Of a DNA stretch of 41,411 nt, positions 8,550 to 17,066 are shown in pieces. The notes beneath the pieces were generated by a model, which was not told the DNA's origin, did not search any database, and worked only from the letters and a program-made list of their open reading frames with translations. The stretch lies in IMG/VR virus record IMGVR_UViG_3300048907_000031, positions 1-41,411 of that record; one strand, written 5' to 3'. Position 1 is the stretch's first letter, and each line of letters begins with the position of its first letter. The position numbers and the translations under genes are program-made. Origin of the DNA: a virus.

Positions 8550-10516
8550 TGTACACTGTTCAAGAACCTTTTTCCCGCTACTATGGTTTGGACGGCCAGC
8601 CGCTTAATAATGGCAACATTTACTTCGGCCAGCCTAATAAAAACCCCGAAACTTACCCGCTGACCATGTATTGGGACGCCGCAGGATTGCAGCCTGTAGC
8701 GCAGCCGGTTAAGACGACAAATGGCTACATTGTTCGCGATGGAATTATTGCGAACGTGTATGTAAATCAGGATTATTCAATTACGGTTAAAGACAAAACT
8801 TATAGTCTTGTCTATAGCGTCTTATCTAATTCCGTCTTCGGCGCTAACGCCAATACGTTTGACACTCTTGGCCAAGCTATCATTTCTACTACGCTAGGCA
8901 ATGCTACGGGCTTTACAACGCGCGGTTATAACTATTCGGGCGATGGTGGCGGGGCAAACTACATGCGGCTCCCTACGGCTCCGGGCGTTCCGAAGCCTTG
9001 GCAGTTTCCTACTGCGGACGGGACTTGGTGGCAACTTATTTCCAATCCAATCAATCCTAAAATGTTTGGTGCTATTGGTGATAATGCGACAGACGATCGA
9101 CTTGCGGTCCAATACTGTGATAACTGCGCCGCTTCGTTGTTAGTTGAACAGGTTTTTAACGCGCCGTTCTACTGCAGCCTCTCGCAAGCATTTATTGCGC
9201 ATGTTCGCTTTGTGTATGGCGGAAAGCTTCGTATGGCGGCCAACCAAACCATTATCTTTAATGGCGGTTTTACGGCCCCATTCAAGACGCAAATTTTCGA
9301 CCTAAGCGCAATAGGTGCGGCTATTGGTTCGGGTATCGGGCAAGCTTACGTTTTGACGCCGTTCATGTTTGGCGCTGTTGGAAACGGCGTTACGGATGAT
9401 TCGGTTGCTGGCGCGCGGGCTATGGCGGCCGAAGGTGACTTGTACATTCCCGATGGTTACACCTTTAACACATATTCTGAATGGGCCTACCAAGGCTCAG
9501 GCTCCAAGTTTGTTTACGGTTCTGGTAAAGGTTCGATTATTAACCTTGTTTCGCCTAATTCGCATGTCTTGCGTAAGATCGGCCTAGGCGCTTTGCGCGT
9601 AAGTAATCTTTCTATTAGTTCGTCTGTTCCGCATGGCGTAGGCTACGACGCTATTCGTTTCGAGGGCAATAGCATTAAAGATAGCGTTGACAATTGTATT
9701 ATCTACGGTATAAGCGCAGCGAACTACTTCTACAACGGCGTTCATTCTGTAAGTGATGTTATCCCGTCAATCTGCAAAAATTACTTCCTGAATGTCAAAA
9801 ATGCTTCTATGCTACTTGAAAATACTACTGGCGTGGTCGGTTGCGAAGCTATCATTGAAGGCAATACGATTGACACAACCCTGGCCGCCCCGAACGCTTC
9901 AAGCGGTATTTGGTGGCTTTCGGGCGCGGGGACAGTCCGCATTTATGGTAATACCTTCCAGAACGTCGATTATGGTATTAATATTCAATTAGGTTCCGGT
10001 ACCTCAAACGCGGCTGCCCTTATCACAGGTAATGCTTTTGAAAACTGCTACGTTGGAGGCGTAGTTGCTTCACTTCCTGCGGCCTCAACAGCACAAATGC
10101 AGGATTTAACGGTAAATAGCAATCGCTTCAATCAGCCGCACGGCGCTTGCATTGTTACTTCCGGCGCAACTAATAAGGGCTGGATTAATTGTGTAACCTT
10201 TAATGATAATTCCGGGTTGTTTGGCGCGAATTATACGGTTAATGTTCAGGCCGGTGTTACTTTTGTCTATGATGGTAATAACCTTCAAGCAACAGGGGCG
10301 TTTACTTATATTGCAACAGATGCGGCGTATCCACAAAATATTGCCCTCGGAACAAACATGTATAACGTCGTTGCACCTTACCTATTCAATGGTAACCCGA
10401 ACGTTTCATGTACTGCAAGCGGAGTAATCGTCACAGCGGCGCTAGGCGCCTATTATGGGTTTATATCTATTATGTGTCCTGACAACGTTGCAAGGAAAGT
10501 TCCGGTTTACAGTTAG
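8549..10516 (+). CDS. Tailspike with right-handed beta-helix (pectate-lyase-3-like) depolymerase domain, 655 aa
   Basis: It contains two GA.G(D/N)(N/G).TDD motifs (MFGAIGDNATDDRLA, MFGAVGNGVTDDSVA) typical of Pectate_lyase_3 tailspikes. It also has a conserved particle-binding-type N-terminus (YYGLDGQPLNNGNIYFGQPN). It is the last gene of the late operon. Confidence 0.8.
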   Translation: MYTVQEPFSRYYGLDGQPLNNGNIYFGQPNKNPETYPLTMYWDAAGLQPVAQPVKTTNGYIVRDGIIANVYVNQDYSITVKDKTYSLVYSVLSNSVFGANANTFDTLGQAIISTTLGNATGFTTRGYNYSGDGGGANYMRLPTAPGVPKPWQFPTADGTWWQLISNPINPKMFGAIGDNATDDRLAVQYCDNCAASLLVEQVFNAPFYCSLSQAFIAHVRFVYGGKLRMAANQTIIFNGGFTAPFKTQIFDLSAIGAAIGSGIGQAYVLTPFMFGAVGNGVTDDSVAGARAMAAEGDLYIPDGYTFNTYSEWAYQGSGSKFVYGSGKGSIINLVSPNSHVLRKIGLGALRVSNLSISSSVPHGVGYDAIRFEGNSIKDSVDNCIIYGISAANYFYNGVHSVSDVIPSICKNYFLNVKNASMLLENTTGVVGCEAIIEGNTIDTTLAAPNASSGIWWLSGAGTVRIYGNTFQNVDYGINIQLGSGTSNAAALITGNAFENCYVGGVVASLPAASTAQMQDLTVNSNRFNQPHGACIVTSGATNKGWINCVTFNDNSGLFGANYTVNVQAGVTFVYDGNNLQATGAFTYIATDAAYPQNIALGTNMYNVVAPYLFNGNPNVSCTASGVIVTAALGAYYGFISIMCPDNVARKVPVYS

Positions 10517-10625
10517 CAATCCATTCTTCAGCTTCCTCGTAAGTATCAAAGCCGCAGGCGATTATCTCGCCTGCGGTATTTCTTATTTCGTATCCTTCGC
10601 CTTGGCGATTGCGGGTTATGTTCAT
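10470..10625 (-). CDS. Possible 51-aa ORF (below the track cutoff), ATGA-coupled to the upstream gene
   Basis: My own translation is MNITRNRQGEGYEIRNTAGEIIACGFDTYEEAEEWIANCKPELSLQRCQDT. The ATG at 10625 overlaps the TGA stop at 10622-10624. However, the ORF contains the hairpin at 10552-10576 and overlaps the tailspike 3' end by 47 nt. Confidence 0.3.
   Translation of the reverse strand: MNITRNRQGEGYEIRNTAGEIIACGFDTYEEAEEWIANCKPELSLQRCQDT
10552..10590. terminator. Putative bidirectional intrinsic terminator between the convergent late (+) and replication (-) operons
   Basis: A perfect 10-bp stem ccgcaggcga / tcgcctgcgg with loop ttatc is followed on the + strand by tatttcttatttcg. It lies 36 nt after the tailspike stop and 46 nt after the last minus-strand track gene. 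Confidence 0.5.
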
Positions 10626-10867
10626 GAATTGTAATAACTTTTACGTTTTCTACCAAACTGCGCAACGTCAACTTTTGCAGCAGCTTCAATTTCTTTTTTC
10701 GTCGCGTGTCTGCTAATAGAGCCAAAACCGTATTCCCATTGCCTACCTTCCTCGGAAAGCTTTGGCGCACCTAATTTTGTGTAACCAATCACATAGGGGT
10801 TATCAGCAAGTACCTTTCCCCGCTTAGCCGCTTCCTTCCCCTCTAAGAATGCTTGCCATATCGACAT
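10622..10867 (-). CDS. Small protein, tentatively Rmf/CrpP-like (81 aa from ATG 10867)
   Basis: ATG 10867 is preceded by GGAG at 8-nt spacing; the track's longer form starts at TTG 10891. The pattern AFLEGKEAAKRGKVLADNPY...RQWEYGF resembles the Rmf/CrpP fold signature (recalled, weak). Confidence 0.6.
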   Translation of the reverse strand: MSIWQAFLEGKEAAKRGKVLADNPYVIGYTKLGAPKLSEEGRQWEYGFGSISRHATKKEIEAAAKVDVAQFGRKRKSYYNS

Positions 10868-10894
10868 TTTCTTAACTCCGCTTTTATTCAATGA

Positions 10895-11077
10895 TTAGTT
10901 ATACCCTTCGCCGCAAACTTTGTCAAGTGGCCCCCGAATTAATTTTGCATACCGCATTGCGGCTGATTTAGTGCGAAAGCTAAAGACATATTCGCCCATG
11001 CGGCAAACGCGCCATTGCCCACGCTTGACCATGCGAACATGAATGCGGTTTAGGGGGCAGATTATAAATTCAGGCAT
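10895..11077 (-). CDS. Hypothetical protein (60 aa)
   Basis: A TAATG overlap links it to the polymerase stop at 11077. It fills the gap in the operon. Confidence 0.6.
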   Translation of the reverse strand: MPEFIICPLNRIHVRMVKRGQWRVCRMGEYVFSFRTKSAAMRYAKLIRGPLDKVCGEGYN

Positions 11078-13116
11078 TAATCAGCCTCACCCCAATTAGG
11101 ACCGCGCGAAACGTCAACTTTAACTGGAATGCGCAGCTTGATAGCATTCTGCATTGTCTCTTGAATAAAACGAAAAGCTTCGTTCATTTCCGGGCTTTTG
11201 TCTTTCACGCTAAAATCTAGTTCATCGTGAACGGTAATGCGCGGGACGCCGGTAAAATCGAAGACGCCAGAGCGCAAACATGCGCTCATTCCCGTTTTCA
11301 TTATATCTGGTTCGCTTCCTTGAAACTTGTAATTGACGCCGCGATATTCATAAGCCCGTTTGATATTGGAGCCGTAACGCCTCACAGCCATGTCAAACGG
11401 TAATGGCATTTGCCGGGGGCCGCGCCTCGCTGGTTCCCACAGCTTGAAGCGAACGCGCCGCCCTAGCAGCGTCTTGACATAGCCGAAGGTTTGCACCTCC
11501 TGGCCGATGGCCTCCATCGTGGCTTTAACGTATGGTGCGCCCTTATGGTAGGAATCAAAGAAGCTTTTCGCCTGTTCGCCGGTAAACCCTGCTTTGTAGG
11601 CTAGGCTCTTTTCGGTTTGCCCATAAAGCAGGCCGAAGTTAACATTCTTAATCGGCCTGCGCTTGACCTTGATAACTTCCGCGTCGGTTGTACTCCAACC
11701 AAGCATAGGCGCGACGTTCATATAAACGTCTAAATGATAATCGGTTGACGGATCATTGATATAGCGTTGCCGCAAAGCCTCTGCGGAACCGTCGCCTTTA
11801 TCAACTGCATTATGCGCCAAGATGCGGTAATGGATTTGGCTGTAGTCGTTCTTTTGCCAGTGCGAGTGGCCATCATCCATAATGAACGCTTTGCGAACAG
11901 CTTTCCCTAGCTTTGTGCGGGATGGTATATTCTGCAAATTCGGGTGCGAACTGGCGAAGCGGCCAACAAGCGTTCCGTTTTCGTCGCCTTTGAGCGGGTG
12001 GAACTGTGGGTAAAGCTTTCCATTAACGTGCTTATCCATCATATAGGAATCAATGAATGTTCCTATAATCTTTTCATGCTCGCGGATGCTATTAACCAAT
12101 TCACCTAATGGATGCTCTAGCGCAGCCAACCATTCTTTTTCAAAAGATGGGTTGCCCAAAGCTTCAGGATTTTTGCGCAAAGCGGCTTCAGTAGGCGACG
12201 CTCTAGGGTAGCTAACGCCAACCGAATCAAATAGCCTAACAAGATTAGCGGAACTACAGCTTTCAAGGTCAACCATATATTCATGTTTAACCCTCGCATA
12301 CAGGTTCTTTGTTTCTTCTATTAGTTCCGTGCGCATCTTTTCCGCGCGGCCTAAGTCGATACTAACGCCTTCGCGGCGCATCCTGACAAGCAGCGGGATA
12401 AGATCGCACTCAAGCCGGAAAACTTCGGTTAATTCCTCTTGCTCAAGCAATGGCATTTGATGCGCGATAATGCGCAGAGGTAAATCTGCATCGCTTTCGG
12501 CGTAAGGCCCGACAAGGCGCGGCGGGCTGCGGTAAATGTCGCCTCGCAAGGCGCGCTCTGTTGGGTGGTAAGCTTGCCTAATCCATTCATATAGAAGATT
12601 CGTTTCCTTACCTTCGCCTAAATATTTCTGCGCCAGAACTTCAAGAGCAACTTTGGCTTCTTCGTCTAACAGGGCTTCCGCGAATTGAACATCATACAAA
12701 TCGCCTTGAACTGTAATACCTTCCTCAGTAAGCCAGCCGCAATCGTACAACAGGTTAGCCCCAACCTTCGGAAGATCGGTTTCAAGCTGCGCTTTGAGCC
12801 AAGAGAAACATTGCGGCGCATCCAGGTTCATTTCGCCTTCGACTTCATGTCGAACTGGAAAGTACCATTTGCCGCGATTGCCAAGCCGATCCTGCGCGCC
12901 TAGCGAGAAGCCCACAATATGGCCCCTGCCGCGCGCCCAGCCGGGGCCTGCGGTCAACAATTCAGGATCGAAGGTTTCCACGTCCATGCTGAGCGCAACG
13001 GCGGCTGACAGGTTCGGGAAGGCCACAGGCGGACGCCAGCCGGTTTCGGGAATGGGTGGTGGCGCGCGAAGCGTTGCCGCCTTGCGCGCTACTAGCGGTT
13101 CATCATCAAAGAACAT
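11077..13116 (-). CDS. Family A DNA polymerase with 3'-5' exonuclease domain, 679 aa
   Basis: Exo I motif MDVETF. Pol motif A DYSQIHYRILAH. Motif B RRPIKNVNFGLLYGQ. Motif C ITVHDELDF. Confidence 0.92.
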   Translation of the reverse strand: MFFDDEPLVARKAATLRAPPPIPETGWRPPVAFPNLSAAVALSMDVETFDPELLTAGPGWARGRGHIVGFSLGAQDRLGNRGKWYFPVRHEVEGEMNLDAPQCFSWLKAQLETDLPKVGANLLYDCGWLTEEGITVQGDLYDVQFAEALLDEEAKVALEVLAQKYLGEGKETNLLYEWIRQAYHPTERALRGDIYRSPPRLVGPYAESDADLPLRIIAHQMPLLEQEELTEVFRLECDLIPLLVRMRREGVSIDLGRAEKMRTELIEETKNLYARVKHEYMVDLESCSSANLVRLFDSVGVSYPRASPTEAALRKNPEALGNPSFEKEWLAALEHPLGELVNSIREHEKIIGTFIDSYMMDKHVNGKLYPQFHPLKGDENGTLVGRFASSHPNLQNIPSRTKLGKAVRKAFIMDDGHSHWQKNDYSQIHYRILAHNAVDKGDGSAEALRQRYINDPSTDYHLDVYMNVAPMLGWSTTDAEVIKVKRRPIKNVNFGLLYGQTEKSLAYKAGFTGEQAKSFFDSYHKGAPYVKATMEAIGQEVQTFGYVKTLLGRRVRFKLWEPARRGPRQMPLPFDMAVRRYGSNIKRAYEYRGVNYKFQGSEPDIMKTGMSACLRSGVFDFTGVPRITVHDELDFSVKDKSPEMNEAFRFIQETMQNAIKLRIPVKVDVSRGPNWGEAD

Positions 13117-14120
13117 TATTCCTTAATTCCACAAATAGCCCCACGTACGGATTCGCCATAAAAATAAGCTATTCCGTTTTGGCCAATGAAGTCAATCGTT
13201 TTTATATGCGGTTCGATTACCCGCAAATAATTCGGGTTAAAGATTAGCCCATTAGGCAGCCCCGCAACTTCGTAAGTTGCGCCTGCACCCTCAACCGAAT
13301 GAGACGCAAGCAGCCCTTCACGAAAATAGAGCCGGTTATCTTCGCAGAACGATTCGACGGCCCCAAGCGCAAGATAGAAGTTTTGTGGCAATGGCCAAGG
13401 GTTTGCAGCCGCATCTAGAACGCGGCTAACATTCGGGTACTGCTCTTGGTACAGTTGCGTTCTAATCCAGCTTTCATCTTCAAAGTAAAATGTTACTGAA
13501 GATTGCGAGAAACCAAACCGCGCCAGCTTCTTAGGGCTTTTAACAATAGCTTGTGCGAAAGACTTGGGAACAAGCAAGTTAGGCGGCAAATCTATGCCAT
13601 GCCAAAACTCAAGCATAACATGGCGGTTTGTTGAAACCATTGAATTAGCTTGAATAAGGATAGCGGATTCCACAACCGTTTTTGCATTGTCCGAGATAAG
13701 GCAAGAGACAACTGAAAGCCCTTGCTTCAATCTATCGTCAATGCTTGCGCAAGGCATATCCGGTTGAATATGGTTCAAAGTTTCGTATTCGGCGCAGGGG
13801 ATAACCGCCTTGAACTTCTCGGACTTGATCGACAGCCTATCGCGGTCAAGTTGGGTAATGGCGAGGCTTTCCCCACACTTCGACAAGGCCGCGACAAGGC
13901 GTAAGGTATGTGGGCAGGCCTGCAAATCTTCGTCAATCCTGGCTCCTGCGGCGATAACGCCATCGAAGGCGATTGCGTAGTTATTCGCCAAGATTGAATG
14001 CGATTGATAAACTAAACCATCTTCCTTTTGCGCAACAGAGATAAAGCGCAGCGCAGAAAGAAGGGCTGAAGACACAGACTTATTTTCGACGGCTTTAGCC
14101 CTTTTTCCACGCGGAGCCAT
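13116..14120 (-). CDS. DnaN-like sliding clamp (beta-clamp homologue), 334 aa
   Basis: LYQEQYPNVSRVLD aligns with E. coli beta DGRFPDYRRVLP at the same relative position. STNRHVML matches ATDGHRLA, LLVPKSFAQAIVK matches VIVPRKGVIELMR, and FNPNYLRVI matches FNVSYVLDVL (all recalled). TAATG coupling links it to the polymerase gene. Confidence 0.6.
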   Translation of the reverse strand: MAPRGKRAKAVENKSVSSALLSALRFISVAQKEDGLVYQSHSILANNYAIAFDGVIAAGARIDEDLQACPHTLRLVAALSKCGESLAITQLDRDRLSIKSEKFKAVIPCAEYETLNHIQPDMPCASIDDRLKQGLSVVSCLISDNAKTVVESAILIQANSMVSTNRHVMLEFWHGIDLPPNLLVPKSFAQAIVKSPKKLARFGFSQSSVTFYFEDESWIRTQLYQEQYPNVSRVLDAAANPWPLPQNFYLALGAVESFCEDNRLYFREGLLASHSVEGAGATYEVAGLPNGLIFNPNYLRVIEPHIKTIDFIGQNGIAYFYGESVRGAICGIKE

Positions 14121-14123
14121 AGT

Positions 14124-14318
14124 TTAACCTTTCTTATATTTCTCGATAAGTTCCGAGATAATTTGGTCTTTTTCTTCTGGCTTTACCTCAAACATTTCAA
14201 CAATGTTTTCGGGATTGGCTAGGAAGACATTGCGCGCGGCGTAGTCTTTATCTGTTGGATTCGTTTCGTGAATTTGCCATATTTCAGCGCCTAGCCATCG
14301 GTGCATTGTTATAAACAT
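14124..14318 (-). CDS. Hypothetical protein (64 aa)
   Basis: ATG 14318 is preceded by AAGGAA. The ORF packs tightly into the operon. Confidence 0.6.
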   Translation of the reverse strand: MFITMHRWLGAEIWQIHETNPTDKDYAARNVFLANPENIVEMFEVKPEEKDQIISELIEKYKKG

Positions 14319-14328
14319 TGCTCATTCC

Positions 14329-14544
14329 TTAGAACGGTATTTCGTCTTCATGTTTGTCGCAGCCACTTACGATAACCCTCGCAGGAGGCCGCGCTTGGTA
14401 CAGCCTGCATATTTCGGTTTCATCGTCGAACCGTTCGCAGTTAGTGCAATGGCGCGTCCCCTTACGCAACATTTCGCCTATTTCCACTCTTAGCTTAAGC
14501 CATATCTTACCGGCTTCGGTAGCCCTTTCTAATTCAGTACTCAT
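14329..14544 (-). CDS. Small Cys4 (zinc-ribbon-like) protein ending in an SSB-type C-terminal tip (EDEIPF), 71 aa
   Basis: ATG 14544 (MSTELERA...) overlaps the helicase stop by 11 nt. Cysteines follow CTNC-x10-C-x16-C. The C-terminus reads ...GCDKHEDEIPF then stop, read directly. Confidence 0.65.
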   Translation of the reverse strand: MSTELERATEAGKIWLKLRVEIGEMLRKGTRHCTNCERFDDETEICRLYQARPPARVIVSGCDKHEDEIPF

Positions 14545-16135
14545 AGCCCAAAATCTCCGGGTATCGTTTATTAACCCAAACCCTAAGACGCTTAGGGGCG
14601 CGAAGTTGCGAAACATACTGTAACGCTTCGTCCGTTGTCAATGGCGGTTCCGTTGTGTGGCGTTGTCTCCACCAATCATGCGCTTTTTTCTTCGCAAATC
14701 CTTCATGCTCTAGGCAAATCCACTCGGAAAACTTTTGCATACCGCAGAAGTAATCAGCGCGGATCATCGGTTTAGCGCCTTCCTTTTCATACTTATTATG
14801 GATGACGTAAGTTATATCAAAATATTCGACTTGCGGAACGCCAGAGGCTAACAGTTCCTCGCTACCGGCCTTTTCTTTAAACTTCGTCCTAAACAAAAAC
14901 TCTGCGCCGCAGTTATCGCAGAAGCGCACGGAACAGTGATTGTAACAGCCGCATTGCTCGCAAATCTTAACTGGAACTTCACCGGTTCCTTTGCCTTTTT
15001 TCTTCGGTATAACCGGATCATTAATCGGGCCTAGCCGCTTCGTGTTTCCGGCGAAGTCTAGCACAAGACAGTTGCGCTTGCCTGTCGCGGGGCTAGGCCG
15101 CGTTCCACGTCCGAGCATCTGGACCCATAGAACGAGTGACGCTGTAGGCCGCAGCATTCCGATTACGTCAACCATGGGGTTATCGACGCCCGTTGTGAGC
15201 GCGTTCATTGAAACCGCCCATTTGACCTTGCCAGCTTTCCAGGCTTCGAGCGCGGCCTTGTTTTCTTCCTTTGTCTTGCGCGAATGGATTGTGACAGATG
15301 ATTGGCCGAAGAATGTTGTTAACATTTCGTGAATATGTTCGGCATGATCGACGCCAGTTGCGAAGATCATTCCACAAAGACGATTGTAGCTAAACTCCAT
15401 TAATTCTTGAAGCGCAGCGTATGTTATCTTTTCCTTGTCGCAAGCGTTCTGCAAATCATTCTGTTTATAATCGCCTTGCGACATTGCAATAGAAGAAACG
15501 TCAATTTCGGTCTTAGTCGCTTTCGGAATAAGCGGCGAAAGGAAGCCTTCGGCTATCAAACGATTGAAGTTTTCGATGCTGGTTAGATCGTAGCAAATAT
15601 CTGTGAAGATACCGCTATCTGTGATTAGCCCCTGCCCTAGACGGTATGGTGTCGCGGTTAGACCAATAACTTTCAGGTACGGGTTAATCTGAAGCAACTC
15701 GCGAATAAGCGTTTCATACATTGTGCCTGATTTAGTCGAAACTAAATGGCACTCATCAATAAGAAGTAAATCACGCTTCCCAAAAGCTTGAATATTATTA
15801 ACCATAGAAGCGACTCCGCCAAAAATGATAGGCAGATTCGTAACCCTTTGATTAAGGCCCGCACTATAGATACCAACCGGAGCAGAAGGCCATGCTTGGA
15901 CGAGTTTGTTTGCATTTTGTTCGATCAACTCTTTAACGTGTGTAGCCATTAGAAAGCGTTGCCCTGGCCAACGTTGCAAGATATTCTTCACAATCCTGGC
16001 AATGACGATGCTTTTGCCTGTCCCTGTAGGCATGGCAATTACAGGGTTTCCTTTATTCGTCTCGAAGTATGAATAAAGGGCGGCTTCGGCTTCTTGCTGG
16101 TACCAACGTTCCTGAATCACACTATTGATTCCCAA
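14534..16135 (-). CDS. SF2 (DEAD/DEAH-type) DNA helicase with C-terminal zinc ribbon, 533 aa
   Basis: Walker A AMPTGTGKS. Motif II LLIDECH. Motif III LTATP. The C-terminal half contains CEQCGCYNHCSVRFCDNCG. Confidence 0.88.
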   Translation of the reverse strand: MGINSVIQERWYQQEAEAALYSYFETNKGNPVIAMPTGTGKSIVIARIVKNILQRWPGQRFLMATHVKELIEQNANKLVQAWPSAPVGIYSAGLNQRVTNLPIIFGGVASMVNNIQAFGKRDLLLIDECHLVSTKSGTMYETLIRELLQINPYLKVIGLTATPYRLGQGLITDSGIFTDICYDLTSIENFNRLIAEGFLSPLIPKATKTEIDVSSIAMSQGDYKQNDLQNACDKEKITYAALQELMEFSYNRLCGMIFATGVDHAEHIHEMLTTFFGQSSVTIHSRKTKEENKAALEAWKAGKVKWAVSMNALTTGVDNPMVDVIGMLRPTASLVLWVQMLGRGTRPSPATGKRNCLVLDFAGNTKRLGPINDPVIPKKKGKGTGEVPVKICEQCGCYNHCSVRFCDNCGAEFLFRTKFKEKAGSEELLASGVPQVEYFDITYVIHNKYEKEGAKPMIRADYFCGMQKFSEWICLEHEGFAKKKAHDWWRQRHTTEPPLTTDEALQYVSQLRAPKRLRVWVNKRYPEILGYEY

Positions 16136-17016
16136 CTTCCGCAGGCGTCTTTGATAAACTCAGGCGGAATAATTGCGTTATGCGTTTCGCAGAACCATTG
16201 CGCGTTATCGACGGCTATCGCTCTTGCGCAACTTCTGCAATTGACTTCAGCTTTGACGCCTTCATGGCAAATGCCCACAAAGTCACAATATTTGCAGTCA
16301 AAATGTGCGGCGGACTGCGCCAGCTTAGGCGGCGGAATGCGTGCGTTGATTACGTCTTCGGCCTTGCGCAAATTTTGCTCGCCTAACCGCATATCCAAAG
16401 CGACAACCTCTACGTGTAAATCGTCATCGTTCTTATTCTTCGCCATATAGATAGCGAAGTTAAAGCCTTCGGATTTACCGTAAGAACACATTTGTGCGAA
16501 GTGCTGCGGCTTTTCCTTCGCTACGCCATTTTCCTTAAGCTTCGTGAACTTAGCGCCAGTTCCTTGCGTTTTAAACTCCGCGAGCATGATGCGCTCGCCA
16601 ATGCGGTAACGCGGCGGAGGCTTAAGCTGGCCATCCATGGAGCCGCCAAAATGGCCGCGCACGGCTGAAATACGAAATTGCTTGCCTTCTGCTGTTACGT
16701 CCTCAACTTCAAAGCCAATGCCGCGCAAATATTCAATAAAGCGCGCTTCCTCTTTATGGCCTGTCCTGAATAGCCGCTGCATCCTTCCACTATGGATTGT
16801 ATGCTTTACCCAACGGAATGTATTAAACAAATAACGTGAACAAGGATGGCCTATAAGGCTTGCGCCTAAATGCGTTCTATGGCCATCGTCGTAGGTTTTA
16901 ACGCAATATTCGTCAATGTCGTCTAAGATGCGCTTCGCAAGTTGCTTGCGAACAGCCGCGATAGATAGATCAATAAATTCCGCTTCATTGACAGGCTGAT
17001 TGAGTAGGTCGGACAT
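16117..17016 (-). CDS. PD-(D/E)XK nuclease (Cas4/RecB-like, Cys cluster), 299 aa
   Basis: The catalytic pattern is GSMDG...MLAEFKT (D...ExK). C-terminal cysteines are CKYCDFVGIC plus CRSC...C. It overlaps the helicase start by 19 nt. Confidence 0.8.
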   Translation of the reverse strand: MSDLLNQPVNEAEFIDLSIAAVRKQLAKRILDDIDEYCVKTYDDGHRTHLGASLIGHPCSRYLFNTFRWVKHTIHSGRMQRLFRTGHKEEARFIEYLRGIGFEVEDVTAEGKQFRISAVRGHFGGSMDGQLKPPPRYRIGERIMLAEFKTQGTGAKFTKLKENGVAKEKPQHFAQMCSYGKSEGFNFAIYMAKNKNDDDLHVEVVALDMRLGEQNLRKAEDVINARIPPPKLAQSAAHFDCKYCDFVGICHEGVKAEVNCRSCARAIAVDNAQWFCETHNAIIPPEFIKDACGSWESIV

Positions 17017-17034
17017 TTACTGGCCTTTGGATTA

Positions 17035-17054
17035 GAGGGGGCCGAGGCCCCCTC
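17035..17054 (-). other. GC-rich intercistronic hairpin between the SSB-like and nuclease genes
   Basis: gagggggccgaggccccctc is a near-perfect palindrome (7-8 bp G/C stem). No T-run follows on the transcribed strand, so it is more likely an RNA stabiliser or attenuator than a full terminator. Confidence 0.4.
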
Positions 17055-17066
17055 AATTGATCTGGA

